The notes under the pieces were generated by a model, which was not told the origin of the DNA, made no database searches, and saw only the letters and a list, made by a program, of their open reading frames with translations. Shown here one piece after another: positions 9,057 to 20,336 of a stretch of DNA of 64,000 bases. Positions within the stretch are counted from its first letter, which is position 1. Each line of letters starts with the position of its first letter. A program made the translations under genes and the position numbers. Origin of the DNA: an uncultured delta proteobacterium (GTDB lineage: Bacteria > Desulfobacterota > Desulfuromonadia > Geobacterales > Pseudopelobacteraceae); assembly GCA_963772835.1 (NCBI GenBank), contig CAVYYZ010000024.1:32001-96000 (forward strand), in the 5' to 3' direction.

Positions 9057-10646
9057 CTAATCTTCCTTCCTTTTTTCTATCATTGCAATTGCATCCGAGC
9101 ATGCTACCTCAAGTTCCCGACTGCCGGAAGCAAGTTTTTCAAGGTGCGGCACAGCCCTGACATCACCCAGCTTGCCCAGACATGCGGCAACAGCTGCTTT
9201 TAGCTGTTTTCCCCTGGTCGCAGCAAACAGATACCGCCCTTCCAGGAGAGTTACAAGGTATGGGGTCACCTGCCGTTCACCAATTGTGGCAAGGGCGGTC
9301 AGAGCATCAATTTTGAGGGGGAGTGACTTCAAAAAAAATTCTCGGGAGAGCACAATCTTCAAAAGGTCCGGCAAAGATTTTTTACTTTTCATCCCGCCAA
9401 GCGACGCGACTGCCTGTGGATGCAGAGCTGTATCGTTCCCGCGCAGAATGTTGAGAATTGCGGTTTCTGCTTCATTTCCACCAAGCAGCGCCAGACTTCG
9501 AATGGCTTCTTTCCGGACGCGTAGATCATGATGATGGAGACACTCCATAAGTGCCGCCAGTGACTCATGGCTTGCGATTGATCCTAAAATAGCGCAGATG
9601 TTTCGCATGATGAACCAGCGTGAGTCGTGCATCATATTCAGAAGCACCGGCACGGCCGCTTCACCGATGTTGCCCAGTAGCGTTGAAAGGGTTTTTCTGA
9701 CTTTAAGGCTGTTGGTGTGCCCCAGAAGATCAATAGCTGACGAAATGGCGGTGGTGCCTCCGGCTTTGAGAGCAGCAAGCAGGGTTGTCTCCGTTACCCC
9801 GTTTCCCCCCTCTATTCTATCAAACATAACCTGTAGAACATCTCCATGTGTAACAATCTGCTCAATCGCGAACAGAGCACACTCCCGCATGCATTCACTG
9901 CGTCCTTCGTCAGCGGCGTGGCTTGCCAGCAATTCAATCAGCGGGAAAACCAGGTGTGCTTCCCGGCGTACCTGGAGATCATCGGCACAGGCAACGGCCT
10001 GGCGGACCAGCATCAGGTAAATGTCGTCATCAAGGCAGGTAATTAATCGCCCGAGCATCGCCTGAAGCTGCTGTTCCGGTTGGAGAGTATCCGCCTGTGG
10101 CGCCGGTTGCTCAACAGCAGGGGGAGTCTCCTCTCCGGTTTCAGCTTCATCAATCCCTAATGGGATGATACCGGCCTGTTCGACTCTTTGGCGTTTATTC
10201 CGGATGGCCGTCAGGTCAAACTCATTGACGCAGATGGAGCGAATGCCGCTCGAAGTCATCACGGTATCAATGCCTCCTGACTGCTGGATTGTTTCAGGAG
10301 ACAGACACAATATTTTTATCATTTCAAGTAGATCTTCCTGGAACAGGTCGTGAAAAAAAGTAATTTTTTGAGCCCGGCGGATAAAGAGTTCATATGCCAG
10401 AGCGCTCGCCATGCCGGAATCCTCTTTAAGAACCTCCCCGTCCGGGAAGCTGAATCCGGTTCGCCCGCAGGCGAGAGAAAGTGTGTTCCCATTAAGCAGC
10501 TGCAGCATCGTTGAATGAGCCAGTTCCAGGCTGCTGCGGCGGGTCGGGTGCCCTTTCGGATAAAACCTCCACGTCCGCACGGCGCGATAGACAGTGCCGA
10601 GCGCATCAATAGTTCCCTGGGATGTTGGTGGTCGATAGAAATCCAT
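9057..10646 (-). CDS. HEAT-repeat protein with N-terminal YPxxHP domain
   Basis: FYPKGHP N-terminus; HEAT units (DSRWFIMRN, DLRVRKEAIRSL); stop abuts HD-GYP start. Confidence 0.85.
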   Translation of the reverse strand: MDFYRPPTSQGTIDALGTVYRAVRTWRFYPKGHPTRRSSLELAHSTMLQLLNGNTLSLACGRTGFSFPDGEVLKEDSGMASALAYELFIRRAQKITFFHDLFQEDLLEMIKILCLSPETIQQSGGIDTVMTSSGIRSICVNEFDLTAIRNKRQRVEQAGIIPLGIDEAETGEETPPAVEQPAPQADTLQPEQQLQAMLGRLITCLDDDIYLMLVRQAVACADDLQVRREAHLVFPLIELLASHAADEGRSECMRECALFAIEQIVTHGDVLQVMFDRIEGGNGVTETTLLAALKAGGTTAISSAIDLLGHTNSLKVRKTLSTLLGNIGEAAVPVLLNMMHDSRWFIMRNICAILGSIASHESLAALMECLHHHDLRVRKEAIRSLALLGGNEAETAILNILRGNDTALHPQAVASLGGMKSKKSLPDLLKIVLSREFFLKSLPLKIDALTALATIGERQVTPYLVTLLEGRYLFAATRGKQLKAAVAACLGKLGDVRAVPHLEKLASGSRELEVACSDAIAMIEKRKED

Positions 10647-10758
10647 TGCCGTTCCTTGTATTGAGAAGTGGAATTATGCCATACTGCTCCGGAAATGTCT
10701 TTCCTAAATATTTTAATTTCTGACGATCTACGCAGTGACGGACGCATGGGAGAGGTGC

Positions 10759-12111
10759 ATGAAGCAGAAAACAATCTTTACCTGTCAGAAATGCGGCAAC
10801 CAGTCACCCAAATGGCTCGGAAAATGCCCTGACTGTGCGGCCTGGAACAGCATGGTGGAAGAGGCGGTCGTCAGGGTTTCGAACGTTGCACGCACATCCG
10901 GGAGCGCCATACCCATTCCGATATGTGACGTCCCTCCTCAAACCGAGACACGCCGGCCCACCGGCATTGGAGAACTCGACAGGGTTCTGGGCGGCGGTAT
11001 TGTCCCCGGCTCTCTGGTTCTGATAGGCGGCGATCCGGGTATCGGAAAATCGACGCTTCTGCTGCAGGCGATGCACACCCTGGCTATGGCGGCAGGGAAG
11101 GTACTGTATGTTTCCGGTGAGGAGTCCGCGTCCCAGACCCGTCTGCGGGGTGAACGGCTGGGTGCATCAAGCCGCAACCTGATGATTCTCGCTGAAAACT
11201 CGCTGGAAGCGATCCTGAGCCAGGCCGCAGCTCTTAAGCCCGCCGCAATGGTAATTGACTCGATTCAAACGGTCTGGACCTCTACTCTGGAATCGGCTCC
11301 CGGCAGCGTCAGCCAGGTGCGGGAATCGGCCGGAAAGCTGATGCTGCTTGCCAAAGGAAGTGATATACCGATCTTCATTGTCGGACACGTTACCAAAGAC
11401 GGTTCTATAGCCGGGCCGCGTGTCCTTGAGCATATGGTTGATACGGTGCTCTACTTCGAGGGGGATGGCAGTCATCCCTTCCGGATTCTGCGGGCGGTCA
11501 AGAACCGCTTCGGTTCAACCAATGAAATAGGCGTTTTCGAGATGAAACAGGAGGGGCTGTGCGGAGTGGCAAATCCATCAGAGCTGTTCCTTTCCGAGCG
11601 GCCGCTGGATGTGTCGGGCTCTGTCGTCACCACGTCGCTGGAGGGGAGCCGCCCTCTGCTGGTAGAACTTCAAGCTCTGGTTACCCCGTCTTCCTACGGC
11701 GTTCCCCGTCGGACAACTATCGGGGTTGACCATAATCGCCTGGCTTTGTTGGTCGCCGTCCTGGAAAAAAAAGTCGGTCTGCACATGGCCGGTCAGGACA
11801 TCTTTTTGAACGCGGCAGGAGGTGCGCGTCTGAACGAGCCGGCGGCAGACCTGGCCATGATTATGGCGGTTGCCTCCAGTCATCTCGACAAAGCGGTCCC
11901 TCCCGATACGGTCATCTTCGGTGAAGTCGGCCTGGCAGGAGAAGTGCGGGCTGTCACCCAACCTGAATTGCGCATTGCCGAAGCCGAAAAGCTTGGCTTC
12001 AAGCGCTGCATTATTCCCGCCGGCAGCCTGAAGCGTCTTAAAAAACGGGGCATCCGTCTGGAGGGCGTCTCAACGGTTCAACATGCAATGGATGTGATAT
12101 TTGAGTCGTGA
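10759..12111 (+). CDS. radA: DNA repair protein RadA/Sms
   Basis: C4 zinc finger, GGDPGIGKST Walker A, KNRFG motif, Lon-like C-terminus. Confidence 0.97.
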   Translation: MKQKTIFTCQKCGNQSPKWLGKCPDCAAWNSMVEEAVVRVSNVARTSGSAIPIPICDVPPQTETRRPTGIGELDRVLGGGIVPGSLVLIGGDPGIGKSTLLLQAMHTLAMAAGKVLYVSGEESASQTRLRGERLGASSRNLMILAENSLEAILSQAAALKPAAMVIDSIQTVWTSTLESAPGSVSQVRESAGKLMLLAKGSDIPIFIVGHVTKDGSIAGPRVLEHMVDTVLYFEGDGSHPFRILRAVKNRFGSTNEIGVFEMKQEGLCGVANPSELFLSERPLDVSGSVVTTSLEGSRPLLVELQALVTPSSYGVPRRTTIGVDHNRLALLVAVLEKKVGLHMAGQDIFLNAAGGARLNEPAADLAMIMAVASSHLDKAVPPDTVIFGEVGLAGEVRAVTQPELRIAEAEKLGFKRCIIPAGSLKRLKKRGIRLEGVSTVQHAMDVIFES

Positions 12112-12175
12112 CATCCTCCCTCCGCTCCAGAAGGTATGGAGAACTACCGATACCATATAATACCTGGATTACTAC

Positions 12176-12916
12176 ATGATGCCACGTCTGGAACAAGATG
12201 TTACCGTTCAGTATCACGAAGTTGATCAGCATGGGTTTCTGCGGCCCGTTGCCCTTCTTAATCACCTCCAGTCTGCAGCAGGATACCATGCGGCGCTGCT
12301 CGGAGTTTCCGTGGCGGATCTGGTCGCACGTGGCTATACGTGGGTGCTGTCAAGGATTCACCTTACTATGGAGCGCTATCCGCTCAGTGGTGAGGTCTTC
12401 CGGATACGAACCTGGCCGGCGACCAGAGAGAATCTTCTCACAATAAGGGATTTTGAGCTGACCGACAGTGACGGCTCTTTGATCGGCAGAGCGACAACGC
12501 TGTGGGCGGTACTGAACCTCAAAACGAGGCGCCCCGTGAAGCTGACTGACGTGCTGCCGTTATATCCGCTGAATCCTGTCCGGGCGCTTAATGACACGTT
12601 CGACACACTTCCTCTCTTTGAAAAACCGGAGCATGAACTGCGTCTGCCTGTGCTGCGAGGCGATCTTGACATCAACAGACACGTGAATAATACCGTCTAC
12701 GCCGGTTGGGTGCTGGAGACGGTTCCTGAAGAAGTGGACAGTACCTGCCGTCTTTCCTCAATAGAAATTGCGTTTCGCGCCGAGGCACTCTACGGAGACA
12801 CCATCGTTGCACGCACGGCGGGAGCCGGAGAGGCGGGCTGTTATCTCCACCGCGTGGATAGTCACTGTGATGGTCGGGAGTTGGCCCGGGTCCGGACCTA
12901 CTGGGCACCCCTGTAA
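12176..12916 (+). CDS. Acyl-ACP thioesterase (FatA/FatB-like double hot-dog)
   Basis: WVLSRIH, DLDINRHVNNTVY motif. Confidence 0.88.
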   Translation: MMPRLEQDVTVQYHEVDQHGFLRPVALLNHLQSAAGYHAALLGVSVADLVARGYTWVLSRIHLTMERYPLSGEVFRIRTWPATRENLLTIRDFELTDSDGSLIGRATTLWAVLNLKTRRPVKLTDVLPLYPLNPVRALNDTFDTLPLFEKPEHELRLPVLRGDLDINRHVNNTVYAGWVLETVPEEVDSTCRLSSIEIAFRAEALYGDTIVARTAGAGEAGCYLHRVDSHCDGRELARVRTYWAPL

Positions 12917-13023
12917 ATAGAGCCCGTCGGTTACCGGTCGCTTCGCCCCCCCATTATCAAAAATAGGTGTCCGTTTATCCTGCCGCTTCGAAGATTTGTT
13001 TTGACCTCTCCCTCTTCCTATGT

Positions 13024-13045
13024 TATATCAAGAAAAGTTGATATA
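13024..13045. promoter_or_regulatory. Palindromic operator, probable SahR binding site
   Basis: TATATCAA-gaaaag-TTGATATA perfect 8-bp arms 26 nt upstream of sahR start; resembles ATCAA-N6-TTGAT SahR-type motif. Confidence 0.75.
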
Positions 13046-13071
13046 AATAAATTGCGTACATTGATATAACT

Positions 13072-13983
13072 ATGCTTGAAACATTCAAATCCCTGTCCGA
13101 CCTCAGCCGCCTGCGTCTGGCTGCAGTGCTCCTTTCAGGTGAGTTCACCGTGCAGGAGTTGACCCGTATCATGGGTATGGGACAGTCACGCGTCTCGCGT
13201 CACCTGAAAATACTGACCGAGGCCGGCGTGTTGACCGTGAAACGCCAGGGTACCTGGAGCTACTTTCGGGTCGGTGAGGGGAGCAGCTTCTTCAGCGCCA
13301 TCCGCCCCGCTATTGAACGGGAAATGGAGAGACTGCCTGAACGGAGCCGTGATCTGGCGGCCGTTGCGGCAGTTCTTGATGAACGTCGTCGGCGCAGTCA
13401 GGAATTTTTCGATCGGAATGCCCGTCAGTGGGACGACCTGGCCCGCACTCTGCTGCCTGTCCCGGAATACCGGCAGCACCTGCTGGAACAGATACCTGAA
13501 AGCGCCATTGTACTGGAGATAGGCATAGGAACCGGCGGCCTGCTGGCGGAGTTGGCGGAACGGGCGTCCAGGGTGATTGGCGTGGACCATTCTCCGGCAA
13601 TGCTGGGAGAGGCCCGGCGCCGGCTGGACGAAAAAGGCATCGGAGGTATCGATCTGCGCCTGGGAGAGATGAGCCACCTGCCGTTACCCGATGCCTCTGT
13701 TGAGTGCGTTGTGGCAAACATGGTGCTGCATCATGCCGCCGACCCGGCGGCGGTGCTGGCTGAAATCCGTCGCGTGCTGGTCACCGGCGGCACACTGCTC
13801 CTGGCCGATCTAGCCCGCCACGAACGTGAGGCAGCTCGGGAACAGCTGGCTGACCAATGGCTGGGGTTCGAAGAAAATGAGTTGAGAGAGTGGCTGAAGC
13901 TTGCAGGTTTTGCACGTGTTACCATCGAGCAGATAGCTGCAGCCGCAGGAGAGGAACAGGTATTGCTGGTTCAAGCCTTGTAG
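13072..13983 (+). CDS. sahR: ArsR-HTH + SAM-binding methyltransferase-fold regulator (SahR)
   Basis: [26 protein letters not shown] motif, directly upstream of ahcY. Confidence 0.82.
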   Translation: MLETFKSLSDLSRLRLAAVLLSGEFTVQELTRIMGMGQSRVSRHLKILTEAGVLTVKRQGTWSYFRVGEGSSFFSAIRPAIEREMERLPERSRDLAAVAAVLDERRRRSQEFFDRNARQWDDLARTLLPVPEYRQHLLEQIPESAIVLEIGIGTGGLLAELAERASRVIGVDHSPAMLGEARRRLDEKGIGGIDLRLGEMSHLPLPDASVECVVANMVLHHAADPAAVLAEIRRVLVTGGTLLLADLARHEREAAREQLADQWLGFEENELREWLKLAGFARVTIEQIAAAAGEEQVLLVQAL

Positions 13984-14059
13984 GGGCGTATCGCATACGC
14001 CCTGGTGGAAAATCAGCATTTAATCTATTGCAGCGAGGGCGCAAGCATTGCGCCCCTAC
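13980..14059. repeat. GTAG-family REP doublet (REPIN-like)
   Basis: GTAGGGGCGtatcgcataCGCCCT ... AGGGCGcaagcattgCGCCCCTAC in inverted orientation. Confidence 0.8.
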
Positions 14060-14090
14060 AAAAAGCATCACATCGAAAAGGAGAATAACC

Positions 14091-15485
14091 ATGTCACAGG
14101 ATTATATCGTAGCAGATCTTACACTGGCAGATTGGGGCCGCAAAGAAATCAGGATCGCTGAGACCGAGATGCCGGGTCTGATGGCCATACGGGAGGAGTT
14201 TGCCGCAACGCAGCCACTGAAAGGGGCCCGAATCACCGGTTCGCTCCACATGACCATCCAGACAGCCGTGCTGATCGAGACTCTGACGGCGCTGGGTGCC
14301 GAAGTCCGCTGGGCTTCCTGCAATATTTTTTCGACCCAGGATCACGCCGCTGCCGCTATCGCAGCTGTAGGAGTGCCGGTTTTCGCCGTCAAAGGCGAGA
14401 CTCTTGAGCAGTACTGGGATTATACCCACCGAATCTTTGAATGGAGCGACGGCGGTTTTTCCAACATGATTCTGGATGACGGTGGAGATGCGACATTGCT
14501 GCTGCATCTGGGTGCCAGAGCAGAAAAAGATCTCTCTGTTCTTGCCAGACCGGCCTCAGAAGAGGAGACGGTTCTTTTCGCCGCCATCAAGGCCAAGCTG
14601 GCTGTCGATGCGGCCTGGTACTCAACCCGTCTGGCCGAGATCAGGGGTGTGACCGAGGAAACCACTACCGGTGTGCATCGTCTGTATCAGATGCATGAGC
14701 GCGGCGACCTGAAATTTCCGGCCATCAACGTCAACGATTCAGTCACCAAATCCAAGTTCGATAATCTCTACGGCTGCCGCGAATCGCTGGTAGACGGTAT
14801 AAAACGGGCCACCGACGTGATGATCGCCGGTAAGGTCGCCCTTATCTGCGGCTATGGCGATGTCGGCAAAGGGTCGGCTCAGGCCATGCGTGCACTGTCT
14901 GCCCAGGTGTGGGTTACCGAAGTGGATCCGATCTGTGCCCTGCAGGCCGCAATGGAAGGGTACCGCGTAGTGACCATGGAATATGCCGCCGACAAGGCTG
15001 ACTTATTTGTCACATGTACCGGTAATTATCATGTCATAACTCATGATCATATGGTCAGGATGAAGGATCAGGCGATCGTCTGCAACATCGGTCATTTTGA
15101 CAACGAAATCGAAGTTGCAGCTCTTGAAAAATATCAGTGGGAAGAGATCAAGCCTCAGGTGGATCACGTCATATTCCCGGACGGAACGCGCATCATACTG
15201 CTGGCTAAAGGTCGTCTGGTCAATCTGGGTTGCGGAACCGGCCACCCCAGTTATGTCATGTCCTCCTCATTCGCCAATCAGACAATCGCCCAGATAGAGC
15301 TGTTCTGTAATCCGGACAATTATCCGGTCGGAGTATATGTCCTTCCCAAACACCTTGATGAGAAAGTGGCACGTCTGCAGTTGAAGAAACTGAATGCGCA
15401 GCTGAGCATTCTGACCGACGAACAGGCCGCCTATATCGGCGTACCGAAGGACGGTCCGTATAAGGCTGAGCAGTACCGGTATTAA
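14091..15485 (+). CDS. ahcY: Adenosylhomocysteinase
   Basis: [50 protein letters not shown] before ATG 14091. Confidence 0.97.
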   Translation: MSQDYIVADLTLADWGRKEIRIAETEMPGLMAIREEFAATQPLKGARITGSLHMTIQTAVLIETLTALGAEVRWASCNIFSTQDHAAAAIAAVGVPVFAVKGETLEQYWDYTHRIFEWSDGGFSNMILDDGGDATLLLHLGARAEKDLSVLARPASEEETVLFAAIKAKLAVDAAWYSTRLAEIRGVTEETTTGVHRLYQMHERGDLKFPAINVNDSVTKSKFDNLYGCRESLVDGIKRATDVMIAGKVALICGYGDVGKGSAQAMRALSAQVWVTEVDPICALQAAMEGYRVVTMEYAADKADLFVTCTGNYHVITHDHMVRMKDQAIVCNIGHFDNEIEVAALEKYQWEEIKPQVDHVIFPDGTRIILLAKGRLVNLGCGTGHPSYVMSSSFANQTIAQIELFCNPDNYPVGVYVLPKHLDEKVARLQLKKLNAQLSILTDEQAAYIGVPKDGPYKAEQYRY

Positions 15486-15497
15486 GATGTGAGAGTT

Positions 15498-15536
15498 GCA
15501 CCGGCTCTCCTCCTGTCAAGAGAGGAGAGCCGGTGC
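15498..15536. other. Strong 15-bp hairpin after ahcY (terminator or RNA stabiliser; no U-tract)
   Basis: GCACCGGCTCTCCTC/GAGGAGAGCCGGTGC. Confidence 0.55.
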
Positions 15537-15566
15537 GAAGTCCGTGTAATCGGGGGATATACGCTT

Positions 15567-15857
15567 ATGGAGTGTCGCGCGGGGTGTGCTGCCTGCTGTG
15601 TAGCACCGTCAATTTCCTCACATATCCCGGACACCGATTCCGGAAAGCCGGCCGGAGTCCGCTGTTTTCAATTGACGCATGACAACCGCTGCCGTCTCTT
15701 CGGCCGTGCTGAACGCCCGGCAGTCTGTCTGAGTCTGCAGGCAGACGAAGAAATGTGCGGCACCAGTTCCGGTGAAGCGCTTGAACGGTTGACGGAGTGG
15801 GAAAAGCTGACGAGCCCGGGAGCTACTTATTCTGACCGGACTGATTCAACGCCTTGA
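15567..15857 (+). CDS. YkgJ-family cysteine-cluster (Fe-S/Zn) protein
   Basis: MECRAGCAACC, GKPAGVRC, RCRLFG..RPAVC. Confidence 0.85.
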   Translation: MECRAGCAACCVAPSISSHIPDTDSGKPAGVRCFQLTHDNRCRLFGRAERPAVCLSLQADEEMCGTSSGEALERLTEWEKLTSPGATYSDRTDSTP

Positions 15858-16395
15858 TGATGTCGTCAGTTACATCCTGCGCGTTCTCAGGACTGCCGAT
15901 GTAGAGCAGTTCCTTTCTGACCACAATAGCGGCAAAATTGTTGGCTTTGCCATATTCCCGGGACGACCGCTCAATTGCTCCGTACAGCGAAGCGGTCTCC
16001 TTGCTCTGAAGAGCAAGAAATTCCTCTTCCGACGCCCGGGCAACTTTCTGGAAGTCTTCCAGCTTATTCTGAAATTCCTTCGATTTCGCCTCCTGCTGTT
16101 TCGGAGTCATCGTAGAAATTTTCGCTTCTATGGACGCTTTCAGTTTTTCGACCTGTTTTTTCTTTACATCAATTTTTTCCAGAAGCTGGTCTTTCTTCGT
16201 GGTGAGATGAGCCTTGAGTGCTTTGCCCCGCTCTGACTCATCACCGATACGGGCAACATCAACATAGCCGATACGGAAAGTCTGGACTGCTGCTGACGGC
16301 GCCGGTTTTACTTCAGTGCTTTTATCGGCAGCGAAGGCAAGTGAAGGAAGTGAAAAAAAACAGGCAATCAGAATTCTTGTAACATGTGTGTTCAT
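15823..16395 (-). CDS. OmpH/Skp periplasmic chaperone
   Basis: Signal peptide, RIGYVDV, Lys-rich coiled coil, QDVTDDIIKAL. Confidence 0.88.
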   Translation of the reverse strand: MNTHVTRILIACFFSLPSLAFAADKSTEVKPAPSAAVQTFRIGYVDVARIGDESERGKALKAHLTTKKDQLLEKIDVKKKQVEKLKASIEAKISTMTPKQQEAKSKEFQNKLEDFQKVARASEEEFLALQSKETASLYGAIERSSREYGKANNFAAIVVRKELLYIGSPENAQDVTDDIIKALNQSGQNK

Positions 16396-16417
16396 GGAGT
16401 CTCTCTTTTATCGTGGA

Positions 16418-18343
16418 TTATGTGGTACGGTTTTGGAGTCCGGTGCAACGGGCGGCTTTGCGGCGGTTTCGCAGTGATACCAACAACACCCCCGGGAACA
16501 GCAGCAGGGAAACAGCCGATATCAGGGGATGAGCAACTGCGACAACAACCGGTGCCAGGGCCAGACGGGTCATACCTCTCAGGATCGAATGCTGCGCAAT
16601 CATATCAGCCAGCGGTGGACTGTGTCGATAGTAAAATGACACAAAAGCACGTCCAGGGGCATTGGTCAACAGATACTCGTCACGGAAATCGCGCAGAAGC
16701 TGCACCTGCGGATGCAGATAGCTTCCGTAGGCTGCCGTGGCGATGAAACAGCCTCCGCCACCCCCTCCGGAGCCGCCACCGGTATTGACCGGTGCTGCAG
16801 GCTGCAGTGGCTGGTACACCGTTCCGCCGGAGGGTTCCGTTACCGTCAGGCCGGTGCCGTTGGTGCTGAAATTTGCAGTATGATTATCGCTGTCGGCGGC
16901 ATTGACGATCAGCAGGACAGCTTCGGTAGAGCTGCTGAAGCCGGGAACGGTCACCGTTGTTCCGGTCGTGGCGGCAAAAGGATATTCTGTGATGACGCCG
17001 CCGCTGCTTTTGATGAAGGCAGCGGCTCTGATGCCGCTCGTACCGTTGAGTGTGATGGAGAGGTCACCGGGGGCGCCTGCCGTGGGTATAAACCGGTAGT
17101 ACGCAAAAGAATAGTGCGGCAATGTTACCGTCGGAGCCGGAGACGAACCGGCGTTGACCGGGGTGGAGGTGGTGGGAGAGTAGCTGGCCAGGGGTGTGTA
17201 GGGGTGAATGTAGGTGATATCTGCGGGTTGGGTTGTCCACGCCCTGGTATAGACCTGTTTGGCAAAGCCAAAGAAATCTGAACCAAGGGAACTGTTATAG
17301 GTGGCCGACATAAGCAGGCTGTCCAGCACAGGTGCCATCGGAATGTCAGCACCTCCGGCACTGGTAAGGCCGCCGACTTTTTCCCAGGCGCTGCGAATCA
17401 TATCGGTTCCATGCTTTTCAGCCAGGTAGCGATTGAAGATCCAGCGCCCATAGCCGGCACCGATGGTGACTGCATCCGACCCGACTGTTATATCCAGTGA
17501 TTTTGAACTGTTGTTGAACCAGGCCGGTATGTAATTGTACAGCTGATTGACACCGGCATACAGCTCATCTTCCATCCAGGTTGATGTTGCTTCCGCATAC
17601 CAGATATCAAAATAGTAGGTATATCCGTACTGCACGGCGTGGTGATATTCATGTGCGCCGGTGATCTGCAGGCTCTGAAGCGGAGTGTAGGTTGTCGGAT
17701 GATAGATCGAATTAGTGAAACTGCTGTCCAGTTCCAGCCAGCTGGTGACGCCGTTTGGATAGAGTGCCGAAGGGGCAAAATTTCCGCTGTACGTTACGCC
17801 GTAATATCCTTGAGTAGCCAGATTGTGGAGGTAGATGTCGTAGATTCCGTACGTCGTTGGTGCAGGCTGGTAACCAAGTAAGCCGTACTGTGTATAGATG
17901 TTTTCAAACGTGGCGGCAACTGTATGTGCCCAATCCGTCGCGTCGGTCAGCGCCAGGCCGGAGTATATGTTGATGTTGGCTATGTCAGGGGCATCGATGC
18001 CGCTGTCGGTGTAATGTACCTTGTAATGTCCGCCGGAGGAGACAACAGTCAGCTCTGTCCCCGAAAGCGTCGGCAGCGCCAGCTGTTTTGCCAGTACCTT
18101 CTGCGTTGACGGTTCCAGCAGACGCCAGTCGCGCTGCAGGCTGTGCTTCAACGGCATGCCGCAGCGGGCGGATTCTGCAGCTGCCGGCACCGCCGTCAGA
18201 AGCGCTTTTTCAAGCTGTATGTTTTTTACCTCACCGAATTGCTGCAGGTAATATTCATCCAGAGGCCCGGCGGATACCGGTACGGATAATTGAAACAGGG
18301 CTGCAATTGTAGCTGCAACGCGTGAGCAGAAACGGAGCATCAA
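16418..18343 (-). CDS. Secreted zinc metalloprotease (MXAN_6640-like) with CFI-box-CTERM sorting domain
   Basis: Signal peptide, AHEYHHAVQ HExx[12 protein letters not shown], Gly linker + [18 protein letters not shown] helix and basic tail. Confidence 0.82.
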   Translation of the reverse strand: MMLRFCSRVAATIAALFQLSVPVSAGPLDEYYLQQFGEVKNIQLEKALLTAVPAAAESARCGMPLKHSLQRDWRLLEPSTQKVLAKQLALPTLSGTELTVVSSGGHYKVHYTDSGIDAPDIANINIYSGLALTDATDWAHTVAATFENIYTQYGLLGYQPAPTTYGIYDIYLHNLATQGYYGVTYSGNFAPSALYPNGVTSWLELDSSFTNSIYHPTTYTPLQSLQITGAHEYHHAVQYGYTYYFDIWYAEATSTWMEDELYAGVNQLYNYIPAWFNNSSKSLDITVGSDAVTIGAGYGRWIFNRYLAEKHGTDMIRSAWEKVGGLTSAGGADIPMAPVLDSLLMSATYNSSLGSDFFGFAKQVYTRAWTTQPADITYIHPYTPLASYSPTTSTPVNAGSSPAPTVTLPHYSFAYYRFIPTAGAPGDLSITLNGTSGIRAAAFIKSSGGVITEYPFAATTGTTVTVPGFSSSTEAVLLIVNAADSDNHTANFSTNGTGLTVTEPSGGTVYQPLQPAAPVNTGGGSGGGGGGCFIATAAYGSYLHPQVQLLRDFRDEYLLTNAPGRAFVSFYYRHSPPLADMIAQHSILRGMTRLALAPVVVAVAHPLISAVSLLLFPGVLLVSLRNRRKAARCTGLQNRTT

Positions 18344-18849
18344 TCCACCATCCTTTTCCCGGCCCGTATCGGTACGAGAGTGGTTTTACCACGTTCAACG
18401 GTGATTTCGGCGCTGAACGGACCGCTGCCGACGGAATAAGTACCGGCGGGCAGAACCTCGACGAAATACCCGTTGTCATCGGTCTGTACGGTGACAAGCT
18501 GCCTGCCTCCGGAGGAGATCAGGAGAGGCGTACGGGGAAAGGGCGTAAAGCCGCTGGCTGAGCCGAGTTTGCCTCCGGAACTTTGAAGATAGCAGATTCC
18601 GGCGACAACACCGGTCCCATCGGGAAGAGCGGTTTGTACGATCTGGGGTGTCAGGGTTGTCAGGATAACCGGGCGCACCTTATCCCGCAGCGCCACAAAA
18701 GCGCTCCCGTCATCTGCCGGGCCGGCCGTGAAGGCACGGCCGTCAAAGTGATAATAATTCCAGGCGTCAGTCGGTCGATTAACGACTGCAATGGCGGGAA
18801 GTGCTGCGAGTATAATAATAAACAGTAAAAAACCGCTTGTTCTGGACAT
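18340..18849 (-). CDS. Exported protein with carboxypeptidase-regulatory-like beta domain
   Basis: Signal peptide, [16 protein letters not shown] motif; stop overlaps protease start. Confidence 0.7.
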   Translation of the reverse strand: MSRTSGFLLFIIILAALPAIAVVNRPTDAWNYYHFDGRAFTAGPADDGSAFVALRDKVRPVILTTLTPQIVQTALPDGTGVVAGICYLQSSGGKLGSASGFTPFPRTPLLISSGGRQLVTVQTDDNGYFVEVLPAGTYSVGSGPFSAEITVERGKTTLVPIRAGKRMVD

Positions 18850-19029
18850 GGCAACCGCCTCATGTGCGATAGATGCGATCACATTCTGCCCATTTCGCTG
18901 TTATGAAGTCAAATGGAATTATACGTTATCCGTCTCCGCTTGACAAATCGGCTGCGTGGCGATATTTTTATGGGCCGATTACTGACCCGTTTGCAGGAAA
19001 ATATATATAACCGAGAGGAGTTTACCATC

Positions 19030-20196
19030 ATGTCAGAAAAATTCATCTTCACTTCCGAATCCGTATCCGAGGGGCATCCTGACAAGGTTGCCGATCAGGT
19101 GTCGGACGCAATTCTCGACGCAATTCTCACACAGGACCGCACGGCCCGCGTCGCCTGCGAAACCATGGTTACCACCGGTATGGTGGTAATTGCCGGTGAA
19201 ATAACCACAAATGCGGTGATCAATTATTCCGAAATAGCCCGTCAAACCATTAAGAACATCGGCTATACCGACTCGGAAATCGGTTTTGATGCTGATACCT
19301 GTGCGGTGCTTGTTTCTGTTGACCGCCAGTCCCCGGATATCTGTCAGGGGGTTTCGGAGGGAGCCGGACTGCACAAAGAACAGGGTGCCGGCGATCAGGG
19401 GCTTATGTTCGGTTATGCCTGCAACGAAACTCCTGAGCTGATGCCGATGCCGATCCAGCTGGCTCATCAGCTGGTTGCCAAACTGGCCGAAGTGCGCAAA
19501 TCAGGCGTGCTGGACTTCCTGCGGCCCGACTCCAAGTCCCAGGTCTCGGTGGAATATGTTGACGGCAAGCCGAGCCGTATTGATACGGTCGTTATCTCCA
19601 CCCAGCACACTCCTGAAGTAACTCACCGCAGGATCGAGGAGGAGGTCATTGCGGAAGTGATCAAGAAGGTCATCCCGGCACATCTGCTCGATGCAGATAC
19701 ACGGTATTTCATTAATCCGACCGGCCGCTTTGTTGTCGGTGGTCCGATGGGAGACTGCGGGTTGACCGGCCGCAAGATCATCGTTGATACCTACGGAGGC
19801 ATGGGTCGCCACGGCGGCGGCGCCTTCTCGGGCAAAGATCCTTCAAAGGTTGACCGTTCGGCTGCCTACATGGGCCGCTATGTCGCAAAAAATCTGGTTG
19901 CCGCCGGTCTCTGTGACCGCTGCGAAGTACAGGTTGCCTACGCAATCGGCATGGCCCAGCCGGTCTCTATCATGGTCAATACCTTCGGTACCGGAAAACT
20001 GCCGGAAGATCGTTTTTCATCTCTGGTCCGCGAAACATTCGACATGCGTCCGAGCGCTATCATCGAACAGCTTGACCTTCTCCGCCCGATATATCTCAAA
20101 ACTGCGGCCTATGGTCACTTCGGTCGTGAGTTGCCCGAATTTACCTGGGAGCGTACCGACAAAGCAGCCCTGCTGAAGCAAAAAGCGGGAATTTGA
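19030..20196 (+). CDS. metK: S-adenosylmethionine synthetase
   Basis: [44 protein letters not shown]. Confidence 0.98.
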   Translation: MSEKFIFTSESVSEGHPDKVADQVSDAILDAILTQDRTARVACETMVTTGMVVIAGEITTNAVINYSEIARQTIKNIGYTDSEIGFDADTCAVLVSVDRQSPDICQGVSEGAGLHKEQGAGDQGLMFGYACNETPELMPMPIQLAHQLVAKLAEVRKSGVLDFLRPDSKSQVSVEYVDGKPSRIDTVVISTQHTPEVTHRRIEEEVIAEVIKKVIPAHLLDADTRYFINPTGRFVVGGPMGDCGLTGRKIIVDTYGGMGRHGGGAFSGKDPSKVDRSAAYMGRYVAKNLVAAGLCDRCEVQVAYAIGMAQPVSIMVNTFGTGKLPEDRFSSLVRETFDMRPSAIIEQLDLLRPIYLKTAAYGHFGRELPEFTWERTDKAALLKQKAGI

Positions 20197-20258
20197 TCAC
20201 GTATTACAGGGGCGGCGTTAAAAACCGCCCTCTTCTTTAAATCCGAAAATACATTTGA

Positions 20259-20336
20259 AACACAGAGCAACGGAGCAACGGAGTAAAATTTAGAGTAAAT
20301 CGGTTTGATTTCTCTGTTGCTCCGTTGCTCTGTGTT
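20259..20336. repeat. Octamer-based inverted repeat element, copy 1
   Basis: AACACAGAGCAACGGAGCAACGGAG ... CTCTGTTGCTCCGTTGCTCTGTGTT. Confidence 0.8.

Noticed and set aside
13890..14090. N-terminal extensions in the ORF track (ahcY; likewise metK, helicase, porin, radical SAM)
   Set aside because: Extensions cross repeats or promoters; internal starts match family N-termini and mostly have clear RBSs
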